The translations under genes were made by a program, and so were the position numbers. From Octopus vulgaris (Eukaryota), in contig OX597819.1 in the NCBI GenBank assembly GCA_951406725.2, positions 117,428,001 through 117,492,000 on the forward strand: a stretch of 64,000 nucleotides of DNA. The letters are read 5' to 3'. The notes under the pieces were generated by a model that ran no database searches, was not told the origin of the DNA, and was given only the letters and a program-made list of their open reading frames with translations. This document shows positions 13,617 through 28,104 of the stretch, piece after piece (the first letter of the stretch is position 1; every line of letters starts with the position of its first letter).

Positions 13617-16600
13617 GCTTACCGACTGCCATTCGCTCACAGTTGTATAATTTATAACAATGAGTCTTTCTACCTTTAGTCACTAGGGTGGGGGCGGGAT
13701 TCTCCCACAATATCTCCCCTTTTTAGAATAATTCTTCCCTGTCTTCTCCCATTTTGAGAATTTAATTCTGCTCCGAGTTTTAATATCTCTTACGTTTGTG
13801 GTTCAATTCCAGTGTTTCAGTTATTTACTCTTTTCTGATGCTAGAATGTAAAGTTTCAAATTGTTTGGGTGTTGGTATCTCAAACGTGTCGTACAATGCT
13901 TCCATAGGGATTTAATTTCTCGTGACTCGTTTTCCGTGAATCTTTTGTTAAGGTGCTTAGTATTTCTTTTGTATTTGCCATTATTTCCTTTTACCAGGAA
14001 TATCATTCCCGAAATTTGTTTAATGATTACCCCGTCCACCCAGCTTTCTTTACCATATCTATAGGTTTAAAAACAAAACTTTGTCACCTAACTTGAAGAA
14101 TTTTGAATTATATCTGTTTTTCAACTTTAAAAAAAAAAATTCAGAAGGGGTCAGTCACTCAAAATCAGATATGACCTTTCTAGTACCCGACGGTGTATTC
14201 GGATTAGTTGTTAGTTGGTACACTCTTATATATTGTTGGAGTGCAAAAGCGTCCCCTTCACTGTTCGTCTTTTTCTACAGCGTCTTGAAATGAAAGTGTC
14301 AACAAAACGCTCCACTTGTTTTACAAAATCTTCTGAATTTGTCAGACGTAAATTGAGTTCGATTTTCCGATACAAAAGTGTCAGGAATACCATACCTTGC
14401 AAACAATCCATGTGAAAAGCTTATTGTAACCGCAGATATCAGCTTTTTACATTTATGTACTTTCGGCCATTTTGGAAACCTAACCGCCACAACAGGGTAA
14501 TGTGAACCCTTGAGTGGACCTGCATAATCCACATGCAGTCTGGCCTGTGTATCATATATTTGTTATACCGCGGTTGCTAATTAGTGGATTTTGTAGCTAA
14601 GTCACACTCTGTGTATGGTTTCACGGGTTCTTCAACGTCACGCTCTACTGTTGGCCAATATACGCAACTCCTCATTAATTCATTCTCAAATTCCTAAATG
14701 ACCCATATGTAATTCCTTTAATGGTATCTGTTTTACTGTGGTTGGTACTCTTCTTCTCTCTTTAGCACTCCGTCGGTTACGACGACGAGGGTTCCGGTTG
14801 ATCCGATCAACGGAACAGCCTGCTCATGAAATTAACGTGCAAGTGGCTGAGCACTCCACAGACACGTGTACCCTTAACGTAGTTCTCGGGGATATTTAGC
14901 GTGACACAGAGAGTGACAAGGCCGGCCCTTTGAAATACAGGTACAACAGAAACAGGAAGTAAGAGTGAGAGAAAGTTGTGGTGAAAGAGTACAGCAGGGA
15001 TCACCACCATCCCTGCCGGAGCCTCGTGGAGCTTTAGGTGTTTTCGCTCAATAAACTCTCACAACCCCCGGTCTGGGAATCGAAACCGCGATCCTACGGC
15101 TGCGAGTCCGCTGCCCTAACCACTGGGCCATTGCGCCTCCACAAGGCTGGTACTGCGACTATTTGTGCATACATCAACACATTGTCACACAGTGAGAAAT
15201 GATTAGCATTTCTGTTATATTTTTATCTCTTTTACCCTTCATTATTTCCTTCGTTTTTATAATGAATTTATCTTTTTCCAATTCCAATTTTATGTCTTGT
15301 AAAGTAACAAGGAGTTCACGAAATATAATGTTACTAATCAAGTCGCTCTTAATTTTTTTTCCTGAAACACCACGAGCAATTTTCGAGGTTTTATTTATTT
15401 TAGCTCTCCCGAAATTTTTCCACGTATGTGAATTAGTGAGATGTCGCTGCTTTATGCAATCGTAACTTTACGTTTCTGTTATTAATTCGTACATCCACAA
15501 ATTTTCTTTTGAAGCTCGTTCAAATTTTTTAACCGATAATCCGTTTACACGATTTTTTAATGTTGAACCATTCTCTAGGTTCGGTACTACAATGCGACTT
15601 TTTATGGTCTACTTTACCACACTATATTTTTAAACGGACAACTATTTCTAAAATGTAGAACCCCGCACTAATAACATGGATTCGGTTTCGATATTTTTCT
15701 TGTCTATTTTCCTAATCGTTACAGGTCGACACGTTTGAATCTGAGAAAAACCTTTCTCTTCAATTTTATTTATGTCTGACGTTCTTCTAATACTGCCTGC
15801 AGAGTTAAAGTTTGTTAATATCCCGTTGCCATTGAAAGAATTAAAGACTTCAATATGCCTGGGGCCAACTCATTCAATTTAACTTTATCAAACTCCTTGT
15901 TAAGCACTCCGGCATAGGTGGTGAAATTTTCATCATCTTTTGTGACTGAATTTAAACATTACCAGCGAGTATTGAACAGGGAACTTCTGTCACTGAAAAA
16001 TTTCAATAAAAGAAATATCACCTGGCTTCCTCGACAGAATATAATTACTATATTATTCTTGTTCGGCAGGAAATAACATATTTAAAAAAGAATTCGTACT
16101 TTTTTCTCGTCGAACCAACTTTTACACTCTTCTTTGAAGATTTCTGTGTGTCTACGGAAATATGCAGAGAAGGTAATACCTTCTTCAGGTTAAAAGCTGA
16201 ATTCTTCAATTGCGTTTGCTTCGCTGTCTGGCGAGTACAAACCCGAAGTATTTTCAGACACTTTCCACATGAATTCCAGCGACTGTTTGTATTGTTGTCG
16301 TTGATGCTGTCGTCGCTGCTGCTGCTGCAATTGCTGTTGTAATTGCTGTTGTTGCTGCTGTTGATGTTGCAACTCCATCACGGTGTCCCATAAGCCTTCC
16401 ATGTTAAAACGAATTATTTGGTTTCGTTCAAAATAAAATTAAAATTTTCTACATATCCAAAGCAAACATTGAATAACTCGCCGCCACTTTTATATCATTG
16501 TTATTGGATATCTAACGAAGCAGAGTGGACAAAAGTATATACACGATGCATTACCATTACCATTAAACGTTATTCAACGGTCTATATCGAAGGCTCAGAG

Positions 16601-16700
16601 AGAATTGTTTATCAACCCGAAGTGCCAATCGCTCACAGTTCGTTTAATTATAACAATGAGTCAATCCAACTTCATTCACTTTCAAAGGGATTGCTGGCAT
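13617..16700 (-). mobile_element. Decayed, internally deleted Ty3/Gypsy LTR retrotransposon
   Basis: Integrase HVDYAGP...LFARYGIPDTFVSEN..QFTS...VERFVDTF (14290-14540); gag-like Q-rich N-terminus (16000-16400); PBS-like tggcggcgagtt (rc of about 16475-16486); PPT aaaaaggggagata (rc of 13711-13724); LTR-shared segment tgcca(t/a)tcgctcacagtt...tataacaatgagtc at about 13628 and 16623. RT appears largely deleted. Confidence 0.85.
14750..15143 (-). mobile_element. tRNA-derived SINE family C (tail type 1), nested in the Gypsy pol region
   Basis: Head gtggaggcgcaatggcccagtggttagggc...ggtttcgattccc; TSD gg(t/c)tggtact at 14740-14749 and 15145-15154. Confidence 0.9.
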
Positions 16701-16789
16701 CCCTTTAGGCAAGTGTGTTCTGCTATAGCGTCGGGCTGTTTACGTTCCAGTACTCTAGCGTTTTTTCCAAAGAAACTGACAGAATAAGT

Positions 16790-17070
16790 ACCAGTCTTGG
16801 AAACGTCCGAACCACTCTTGGAAATGACTGAACCACACCTGGAAACGTCTATACACTTCTCACCGTACAGTTTCTTTAACACTGTAAGCCTCTGAGTAGG
16901 TAACGCCATAACAACATTCTCTGTCATGGTCACACGCTACACACCTTCCTGCTGTAAACAGCAGTAGTCAGCTAGAATCTTAAAACGTAGTGCACATGCA
17001 CAGACGAGTACATGTTCAATCTTTGCCAAGCAGCTCCACCTGCATGCTTTATATTCGTTAATGTGACAAC
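16790..17070 (-). mobile_element. Mariner-like transposase N-terminal relic
   Basis: MTEN...LKKLYGEKCIDVS followed, after a frameshift, by FQEWFGRFQD, matching the mariner HTH YG...W.RF pattern. Confidence 0.55.
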
Positions 17071-17098
17071 AGTCCAGCTATTTATTGATAAGACCTCG

Positions 17099-17130
<32 letters not shown>

Positions 17131-17133
<3 letters not shown>

Positions 17134-17342
17134 CGGGAAGCTTTATGAAAATAAACAAAAGACGAAGGCAGGTGGAAAACAAACGAACAATTGTATTAGT
17201 ATGGCGCTCAGGAAATATAAATAAAACAAGTCTTTAACGTTTCGAGCCTACGCTCTTCAACAGAAAGATACACGGAGAGAGAAAAACACAGAAAGAAGGA
17301 GAGAAAAAAAATGCGTGCAGTAGCTAACGAATCAACATGGCG
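17131..17342 (-). mobile_element. Solo 3' end (pLTR) of the Penelope-like element at 56-58 kb
   Basis: Near-identical reverse complement of 58007-58218, abutting (TA)n; hammerhead-like motif at 17231-17268. Confidence 0.9.
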
Positions 17343-17498
17343 AATCAATTAAGTAAACCTTTTAATAATGTGCCTCCAATGACCGCTGGGAACAGCTGTA
17401 GACCAAATTGGCTCTCATAAAAGAAGAATATGAAATGACCATTGATTATATGTACTGTCGTCATTTAAGTCTGCTTTCCATGTTGGCCGGAGTTAGAC

Positions 17499-17570
17499 CA
17501 GTGTGTCTCAACCGGGGTTCACCTGAGCCCTAGGGTACCGCAAAAGGTCACTAGGGTTCTACGAGAAAGA
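17499..17570 (+). mobile_element. Possible hAT/Charlie-type MITE end
   Basis: cagtgtgtctcaaccggggttc resembles the CAGTGGTTCTCAAC-type TIR; the partner end was not located. Confidence 0.35.
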
Positions 17571-17661
17571 GTGAGATAAGATAATGCTAATTTCATGATC
17601 AAAATATCACACACACACATATATATATATACATACATACATGTATATATATATATATATA

Positions 17662-18059
17662 CTAGCAGTATCGCCCGGCGTTGCTCGGGTTTGTAAGGGA
17701 AATAACTATATAAGCATTTTTAGAGATGTAAAGTATAATAGCCATCTCAATATGGCTAAGCACAAAGGGCGGGGGTGTTACTGTAGCTTTTTACGTTCTG
17801 AGATTTTATAATAAATTTTTAGAGAGTTACTTCCCTTATATATGCCAAAAATGCATTAAAATGGGAAAAATTAATGATAATTTCTTTTTTTTAATCGTAG
17901 ACTCATCGTAGACGCGCGCTAATACCCAGAAGGGCTCGATATGAATCACGACTATAAGATACCCAGTTTTGGTTAAACTGCACCGCAAAATGTGGGAGTA
18001 GTTAGGAATCTAAATCGTAGGAGACAGACAGCACACAACCTTACTTTTATATATAAAGA
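17662..18059 (-). mobile_element. Non-autonomous Helitron
   Basis: On the minus strand: A|TC 5' end, subterminal hairpin cccgagcaacgccggg and a CTAG|T 3' end; the 3' ~75 bp is shared with 42584-42969. Confidence 0.8.
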
Positions 18060-19124
18060 TATACATACTTGAAATGTTTTATATAAAAGTTTTTACTTGA
18101 AATATTTTATAAATATATGTACTGTTTATAAATTTGTACAGTAAAAGGAATTCATTAATACTTCAACCCATGGCTAAATTTCCTTATATCAAACATGGTA
18201 AGAAAGTAGACAAGTATACATACATACATACATATATGCATACATACATACATACATACATACATACATACATACATACTTATCTATCTATCCATCTCTG
18301 TCTCTGTCTCTGTCTCTCTCTGGATATGCATATATATATATGTACTTTTTTAAATTTAAGTTGCAAAAACATCACGAAAACTCTACATACAGGCGTGTGC
18401 GTGTGTGTATATACAGACAGAGACAGACTTATACGTATATATATGCCTCGATATGTTTAATTTCCTGTGAGCTTAATATGGTATTTTATATTATCTATTG
18501 CGTGTTGCTTGTCTTCCCTTTATACAAAAGCACTTTAGTAATAAACACACAGTGGTTCACTTATTTTGATGAGTAAACATTTACATTATTTAGTTATTTA
18601 CATTATTTCAGGTAGAAATATATCCGTATATAGCTTTGTGGATGCAGCTGCGATAGCGATTGAGGAAAACACCAAGAAATATGGAGATATAGGAGTTCTT
18701 TAGATTTCAGTTGTGATTTTGTTAAACCTGTCCTGATGCCAACGTAATACTTGAATCAACGGAAATTATTTAGGCTGCCTCAAAGTTATTTTGTCGTAAT
18801 TAGCTGTCAATGTTAGTTTTTGTCTGTTTATTTTATTATAAAGCGTCTTTTATGAAACTGAAAGAAACTAAAAATTGTCACCGACAGAAAGCTACTTCTC
18901 AGGCACCGGAACCATATACATATAAATATTATATTACAAACTAAAAGAGCTATATCTGCTACGACATCTATCGCGTTTGTCATCGAAATGTATTCGGAGG
19001 TATGTCTGACATTTGCAACTCCGTTTGAGTATAATCCTCTGTGTGAACGTGGTGTTTGCATGTGTGTGTATGTTTGTGTAACTGTAGATATCCATAAATA
19101 TAAATATGTAGGCTGTTTGTTACT

Positions 19125-19390
19125 TCTCGAGCCTCGGCTGGCTCATAGGGCCGGTTTCCTGGTTTCCTTGGCGTATAGATTCCCCACCTGGACGTGACAC
19201 CGGTCCGTCGCAGTTGAGCTGCAAGATACAGGAGGTAAGAGCAAAAGTTGTGGCGACTGAGTCCGCAGTAGTTCACCATTACCTTCTGCTGGAGCCGCGT
19301 GGAGCTTAGGTATTTCGCTCATCGCCCGGTCAGATATTCGAACCTGCGATCCCGAGTCCGATGTTCTAACCACTAGGCCATGTACCTCCC
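19125..19390 (-). mobile_element. SINE family C-related (tail type 2), diverged
   Basis: Similar to 32785-33086 and 51472-51745. Confidence 0.75.
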
Positions 19391-19687
19391 CATAAATATG
19401 TAGGATGTGCGTATATATAAGTATGTGTACTTTTTTCCTTATTGGATGAGAAATAGATAACTAATAATTTCGACCAATATATAAGCAACAATCTCCCACA
19501 TTGCATAAGACTTGCCTTCTAAGGATTACAACCCACGCGTAAACGCACCGGCTCTCTCGCACGAGCACACGGTAATGTGATGGCAAAGTAATAAACAATT
19601 ATCATAGTAACTTCATTTGGTTACAACTCTTCAAGTTATAAGTTGTAGTGGGCTCGTACTTGAGTGCCTGAGTAACCATATCTATAT

Positions 19688-20075
19688 TATTTTATTCTTT
19701 TACGTGTTTCAGTCATTTTACTGCGTCCATGCTGGGGACACACCTTTAGTCACAACTTATTTTTTGTAAGCTCAGTACTTATTCTATCGGTCTCTTTTGC
19801 CGAACTGCTGGTTTACGGGGACATAAACACAGCAGCATCGGTTCTCAAGTGATGTTGGCGGGGACAAACACAGAGACACAAAAATATACATACTTATACA
19901 TATATATTCGAAAGGCTTCTTTCAGTTTCCGTCTACCAAATCCACCCACAAGGCTTTCGTCGGCCCGAGGCTATAGTAGAAAACGCTTCCCCAAGGTGTC
20001 ACGCAGTGGGATTGAACCCGCAACCATGTGGTAGGGAAGCAAGCTACTTACAACACACACACTTCTACACCTGTA
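19688..20075 (-). mobile_element. SINE family A
   Basis: Reverse complement of family A. Confidence 0.85.
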
Positions 20076-20469
20076 TATATATATATATAAAGGGGTTTGT
20101 ATGATTGTGTATAGAGGGATATATATTATTGAAAGGAATTCCAACACTGTTTTTTATGTTTTATTTATATTCTTTATTATATTAATGTAGAATATAGAAT
20201 ATATTGTATAAATAGTATATGTAGTAACATGAAATGAAGTATTGATTGTCTTATTGAATAGATGAAATATTGAATATCAAATATTAAGAGACTAGTATAC
20301 TTTCTTGCATTTAAGCAGTCTTCAAGGTCCCAGGAATGATTAAATATATATGTAACATACGGTATAATTAATATATATGTGTGTGTGTGTGTGTGTGTAT
20401 AATATATATGAGTCTTTTTTAAAAATATATATAAAGCATATCTATCTATCTATCTATCTGTTTTATATA

Positions 20470-20500
<31 letters not shown>

Positions 20501-20501
20501 C

Positions 20502-20596
<95 letters not shown>

Positions 20597-20600
<4 letters not shown>

Positions 20601-21039
20601 ATAATAAATATTAGGGAATAAATCCAAACTTACAGGGAAAAATCAGATTTAGGATTGAATCCAATTTTATAGTAAAATATTATATTATATTAAATTAGAG
20701 AGAAAACCAATCTTAGGCAAATCAAACAATGAAAAACTTAAGCCAATACATATGATTAATTTATATTATTTAAATATATAACAAAATTATTAAAAAAATA
20801 TAATTAATATCACACTACGATCGTTTAAACCTCGCCAAGAAAAATATTTAAACCACCTGATGAATGACTGCGACTCAACAATTTGAAGATGTTAGCAGGC
20901 ATGAAACGATCGTAATGTGATATTAATTATATTTTTTTAATAATTTTGTTATATATTTAAATAATATAAATTAATCATATGTAATGGCTTAAGTTTTTCA
21001 TTGTTTGATTTGCCTTATAATGGTTTTGTTTCTAATTTA

Positions 21040-21049
<10 letters not shown>
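20597..21049. mobile_element. Short fold-back element of the same family as 7537-12468, in (TA)n
   Basis: Same tail aataaatattagggaataaatccaaa...ccaattttatagtaaaatat; inverted arms at about 20681-20826 and 20904-21049. Confidence 0.85.
20853..20919 (+). ncRNA. Type I hammerhead ribozyme motif with extended stem II
   Basis: ccac CTGATGA atgactgc...gcaggcat GAAAC GATC GTA atgtg; palindromic stem III ACGATCGT; stem I is imperfect in this copy. Confidence 0.7.
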
Positions 21050-21079
<30 letters not shown>

Positions 21080-21674
21080 AATGCCTTCTTGGTGAGTTTC
21101 GTAGACGGAAAAAGTAAGAATGCCGTTGTATGGAATGTATTTGGTCTGATCCTTGATTGGACAGCAACATCATAATATAGAAGAATGAAGTAGATTTCGA
21201 CTTGAAAGTATCACTTTTAAGCAGTAAAAATATAGAAACAGTGGTGACATGGATAGAGAAATATGAGTGTTAGATACATCCAGAGCGTCCCCCTTCCACC
21301 AAAAATATAATTCTTTGAATATTTTCAAAATATAGTAACCTGACGAATATTCTGCAGTATCAGGACGTGATTTCCTGACACTTGTTTGATTGACAAACTT
21401 TTCCGATTCCCACTCATGTATTTGCTTAAAATGGCTGCTAGTTAGTTTCTTAAATATCTAGAGTAAGTGTTTGCAAGTATGTTTTTGATTTAATTGACGA
21501 GTCACTACTGGACGTCATATTAATCAACAGCATTAAAAGTGGAATACTGAAGCAAAACCCAAGGATAGCTGTTAAAAAATACGAGAAAGTGATAGAGAAA
21601 AAAGACAGCGAGTGAGTGAGAGAGCTAGAGGGCGACAGAGAGGGAGAGAAAGCTAGGGAAAGAGGAAGAGACAA

Positions 21675-21707
<33 letters not shown>

Positions 21708-21708
<1 letters not shown>

Positions 21709-21918
21709 TCTTTTACTCTTTTACTCTTTTATTTGTTTCAGTATTTTGCACGTGCAGCGCCTTTTAGTCGAGGAAATCGACCCAGGACTTATTTTTGTGA
21801 AGCCTAGTACTTATTTTATCTGTCTCTTTTGCCGAACCGCTAAGTAACGGGGACGTAAACAAACTAGCATCGGCTGTCAAGTGATGTTGGATGGTAAACA
21901 CAGGCACACAAACAAATA

Positions 21919-21980
<62 letters not shown>

Positions 21981-22154
21981 CACATATACGACGGGCTTCT
22001 TTTTGTTTTACCGTCTACCAAATCCACTCACAAAGCTTTGCTCGGCTCGAGGCTACAGTAGAAGACACTTGCACAATGTGCCACACAGTGGGACTGAACC
22101 GTGAACCATGTGGTTCGTAAGCAAGCTACTTACCACACAGCCACTCCTGCGCCT
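21708..22154 (-). mobile_element. SINE family A, full length
   Basis: Reverse complement of family A with a (ctctttta)n tail. Confidence 0.9.
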
Positions 22155-22155
22155 A

Positions 22156-22201
<46 letters not shown>

Positions 22202-22277
22202 TAAATGATGCGAATAATCCATATTTTTATTGATTCTTCTTTTGTTTTCCTCGATTACGTTTTGGTTGTTTTGCTAA

Positions 22278-22317
<40 letters not shown>

Positions 22318-25300
22318 TATATATATAAAAGAGAGAGAGAGATAGCTAGATAGAGAGCTAGATAGAGAGAGATAGAGAGAGAGACAGAAAGAGAGAGAGA
22401 AAGAGTGAGAGAGAGAGAATAGGCACGATACACTTACAAAAAAAATTGGAAACCGTATGGTATGTATCGTGAAATTGTGTCTTGAAATTGCATCGGTGAG
22501 TGTTAAATTATTGCTTCGATGAAGATTATGTACAGTAGTAAGTAAGACATACGTCATGTAGATTGCAGAATGAAAAATGTATGAATGTTTGTCTCTGAGA
22601 ATGAAAAGAATCGGTGTCGTATTTTATTGGGAAATGTGAATATATCGTGTATTATTTAATATGTTGTAAAACTGATAACATATTAATGGCTTGTCTCAAT
22701 GTCTTACACCCCGTTCAGAAATCACGCTGTCAAATAGCAGATTCCGGAGAAGTTGAAACAATATTTCACTCACAATTTAAAATATTATTTTTCCTTTATT
22801 TATAAAAATCTCCACAGAAAGATCTAGGTATATATATACTTTCCATGTATGAATGACAAAAAATATTTTAGTGAAACTGAATAACTGAATAGTCAGTAAT
22901 GTCGGGGCATTAAGAAAATATATGGCAACTGTTCCCAGGACTCTGTGTTCTGGATTCAGAAACTAGCGTGAAATATTTAATGTTTTATAGGGATGTTAAA
23001 ATAAAGTACCAGTGAAGTGCAGCGAATTGGGAGATTTGTGAGAATGGTGGATAAAATAATGGGCAGGGATTTTTCAGTAACTTCACATTGCGAATGCTTT
23101 GTCACGTATGGCAATTTTATCTGCATCTAGCTGAGAGTGCGTATAGATTTTTAAATTATAAATCAACGCTCGAAGTAAGGCAGTTAGAAGAAACAGATAT
23201 GCATTCTTCCTTAAAGAATTTACGGCAAGGATCTATCGTATATTGAAGAGGTTGTTAGAGGCAGTTCGTCGACCAGACAGCACATAGAAAAGAGGATCTA
23301 GAAGCAGTACTACACACAAACGGTTCAAATCATATCTCATTCAGGAATCCAGTTGAGGCTTGGGACTGAGTGTCGAAACTCACTCATAGATAAATTAAGA
23401 AATGTCTAAGCATGAAAAGTCGATCAGATATGATGACAAGTTATACCGGCTCAGTATTGTATAAATTGCATCGTCTGCTCATCTTTTGTTGTGAAAGTGA
23501 CTTATTTAATCATTCAGGCGCAATATGCGAAATGCAATGAAAATGCAATATTTACACAGATAGCTGTAGATTGAGCGCGTGTTTTTAATGCTGGCCAATA
23601 TCCCCCAAAGGTTCTGTAGGAGTTCTCGGTCGTATATTTACGAAGGAAACGGGTCTATTGTAAATTAAGTTTTGCAGGTTAAAAACAGTGTCCTATACAG
23701 TCATTAGAAATTATTGGCTTCGTTACGCAGACATCTGTTTGAGAATGCAAGTGCCAATACCCAACAATATAACTTGTACCCATGTCACGAATTGTTTAAT
23801 ATGTTTCCCTTAGACATTATGGATACATTTCAAAATACCTCCGACTTCATGATATTCGCAACGTTGTGACAGCTGGAAACCTTTAGATAACGTACATAAA
23901 GATTATTTATTCATGGTTTAAAAAACCCGCAATACATGACACATCTACTTGTTTCACATCATGCACGACCCTCAGTGTCATAGTCAGTGTACCCAAGCAC
24001 GAATTGGAGACAATTCAATCGATTATTTCTTTCATCTAAAGCATTGTTGGTCATAAGCCAATATGTGGAATTTCTATTATTTGATTTTAACACGATTTCT
24101 TTGTTTTCCATTGTAATTGAAAATATAGAGAATATTTTATCTTCAACTCCACCAGCAAACGGTTTTGTCCTTACCATTTCTTATTTCAGAAATCTTCCTG
24201 ATTGACGTTTTTCTTGAGAACTGAAAGAAAATTGGTTCCAAGCTGTCTAAGACAGGAAGTAATGACTTGCATTTTTTAATGAACCTTACTATATAACAAA
24301 AAAATGATAAAAAGGAATAGACAATACTAACACGCAAAAAAAAAGAAACATTTACAATACACAACAGTTCTGTTGAGATTCCATTTATCAAATATTTCAT
24401 TTGACTTTATGTCTCACATCGTTTGTTACCGAATATATCATCAACAGTAGCGTCTCAAACAGGAGTATTCTTGAGAAGAAAAAAAATATTACTGATAACA
24501 AAAGTAACTCTATTTCTCACCGCAGGCATCGTTTTTATATCATCATCATTTTCATAATCATTTATTATTTATGTTGTAATCATTATCGTTGTCTTTCCTT
24601 GTCACTGAGATGCTGATTTACGTTCTGAGTTGAAATCTATCTAAGGTCAAATTGACTATTATTCCTTGAGTGTAAATAATTTAAAATACCTGTCATGTAT
24701 TGGAGACGAATTTATCAAGTATTGGAACCCCCAAAATTTTATATCTTATATTCTTTTAAGAAGATTTCATTTGAGAATTTAAACCGGGTAAATCTTTACA
24801 GAACCGACTAAAATAGTTAACTCTACAGTTGCAGTTCCGATTGTTTTCGCCCCGGGTTCAAATCCTATAGCGGTCGTCTTTCTATTTCATCCTTTGCAGA
24901 GAAATGGCTGGCGAATAATACAACTATTCTGATTGACCAGCACTGCTATCCAACGAATCAGTCAGTAAGTGTATTACGAAGTTTTACAACTGCTGCAAAT
25001 ATTTCTTGTTTTGTTTTGTTTTTGTTGAAGTATTCTTCACCAACGGATAAAGCCAGAGAAAAGTCAAGCCATAGATATAGCATACATATAACTACGTTAT
25101 AATATAGATATATCTATGCTATCGTTTGAAATGTTTTTCTTAACGGCATTGATTCTATATCACTTTGCGCTGCACTATCAAATACCGTTTGCTTTATTAT
25201 TGTTTAAACGCAATGTTTTTGGTCATTTTTTAACAACCTATTTGCTGTTTAATTTCTCTTTAGATTTTAGTTAATGTTTCAATTTCTATTTATAATTTTA

Positions 25301-26157
25301 TTATCTTCATTTCTTCTTATGTATCTGATTTATTCTCGATTTTAAAACTCTTGAATTCCTCCGGTTAATATTTATTTTCTTAATGATTAAATTCATTTCT
25401 TGCCGTCTTTTCACTCGCTATTTTTCTCTTTTAATCTATTTCGTTCGATTGTTTATCTCTTCTGCTCGTTTGTCATTGATTTTTTTTAATTGCTGTATTT
25501 TTCTTCTTTTCGGTGACAATTTTAGTTTAGTTTCAAGCGCTTTAATTTAATTTATCGCTTGTGTACACATACATTTTTAGATTTCACAATTGTCTTGTTT
25601 GACTTTGATTTCTTTTATTTCGTAGTTGAGGCTAACCTCTGAAAGAATTCTCTTTTATAATATAACTTTACCAGATTTATAAATGGAACGGTTGACCATC
25701 AATTAGTTAATATGTATAATAAGGTTGTTATGTTTGACTTCTATTATACTTAAACACGAGAACATACCTTGATATCTTAAAATAGCTCATTAAATACTAA
25801 TTGCAGCACTTGAGATTTTATTTCAATTATGACTTAATTTTTTAATGCTTCTTTCTGCTATGCTCACAGCAACACCTTAATAAATGCAATTCCTTCGGTT
25901 AATTTAGGATTGTATTAAATAGGTAGCTTATATTTCCTATATTTAGCGTCATTACATTATGTCGTATCATCTGGAAAGTATTCTATGTTTAAAAGTGTAT
26001 GTAAGCATATATGTTCAAATTTTAAAGTGTATGCAAGTATTTTAATTAGGGCATATGTTATTTAGTAAAGATTATTTAATTGATTTTAATTACTTTTGAT
26101 GATCTACAACCAATACAGCTAATTACAAACCTGTATACTTTGCCAGAATTCTTGATG

Positions 26158-26205
<48 letters not shown>

Positions 26206-26794
26206 TAAATTATTACAAAGGAAACATATGATACGATTTAGATGTGCTATGTCTACTTATCAACAAATGGAATCCTTTATTTTTGGTAATTACATTCAGT
26301 ACCCATTGAATTCATGCAATTTTGAAGCGCGGTCGTAAGTATGGTCAGGATATACTAACTGCATCAATCGCCTAACTGTCCTACCTATTTTTTGTCATTA
26401 TCATCCTAGACTACTTTTCATAGATTTCCCTCGTCTTATTCTCAGCACATCTTTATGTGTGATTCATTGAACATATATTGCTCTCTCATTATTTACATAA
26501 TCATTAATATTTACCTGTTTCTGCGAATCAACATGCATATTAATAAGTGTTCAGATTGCAACGATGACGCAGAGGTTATAGAAAGCAACATATCTCAATA
26601 TATGTTGTATTGTGTAACCTGCAAACATGGCCGTTGTTATAACAATCGCTTCGTGCGGAATCCTTTATAGTAAACATCAAATTGAAGGAATATTACAAAT
26701 CAGTAGCATTTATTTAATGTTTGTGATAAGAATATGTCATATTGCCATTTAATTACTTTCAAATTTGTGTCACAAGTCCAGTAATTTCAAGGGA

Positions 26795-26950
26795 GGGTTA
26801 AGTCGATTACATCAACTCCAGTACGCAACTGATATTTTATCGACCTTCATGGAATGAACGGCAGAGTCGATTTCGGCAGAAATTGAATTCAGAAGGAAAA
26901 AAAAAACAGACGAAACACCGCCAAGTATTTTACCCAACGTACTAACAACT
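26795..26950 (-). mobile_element. SINE family B, degenerate
   Basis: ttaagtcgattacatc...gtcgatttcggcagaaattgaattcagaa. Confidence 0.7.
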
Positions 26951-27633
26951 CTCCCTTACGTCTTCCACATATTATAAGAAAACGTAGATTTGGTATTTGA
27001 TTGGAGACTAATTTTTAATTATAATGGAAACTTGAATTTATAAAGATAATTATAATGTTTACTTAGATTTTTAAAAATTGGTTTGTGAGAGAAAGTTTCA
27101 TTTCGTTGGGGAATAGTCTTAGAATATTTATTCGGAAAATAAATTACTATTCTTCGTAAGATTTTGCAAAATTAGATTTTCTGACGTATGTTCCAATTCA
27201 CGAATCGAAGTCTATATAAAATGCTAATTTGCATAAAATATAAATATATTTGCCAATTTAGTCAAGCAAATGTCTTCAATAATGAACATGAAGGCACTAA
27301 ATAGGAGAAAAGCATAAGCATGTTATCTCTTTCTCTTTTTAAACTTTAATTTACGTCTAAACGTGTATCTTTCGTTGCTAAGTACTTCAGAAAACAGATT
27401 TCTGCTGTCATTTACCTTTCTAAAACTGTACCATGTCCACAAAACATATGTTTTCATGTAGCTAATATGTTTGCGCGTAATTGAAGTTACGTGTTCGACA
27501 ACTTGATTTTCTTGCCAGCAACATAGAGAGAAAATAATGTGGAGCACAACCACATTTGAAATAGCTGCATATTAATTCATTGCAGTTAATTTAAACTATA
27601 ACACGATCTAATAAAACAAAAAAAAGTGGATAT

Positions 27634-28104
<471 letters not shown>

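Noticed and set aside
23959-24400. Overlapping short minus-strand ORFs as a possible exon or transposase
   Set aside because: No recognisable domain or convincing splice sites.
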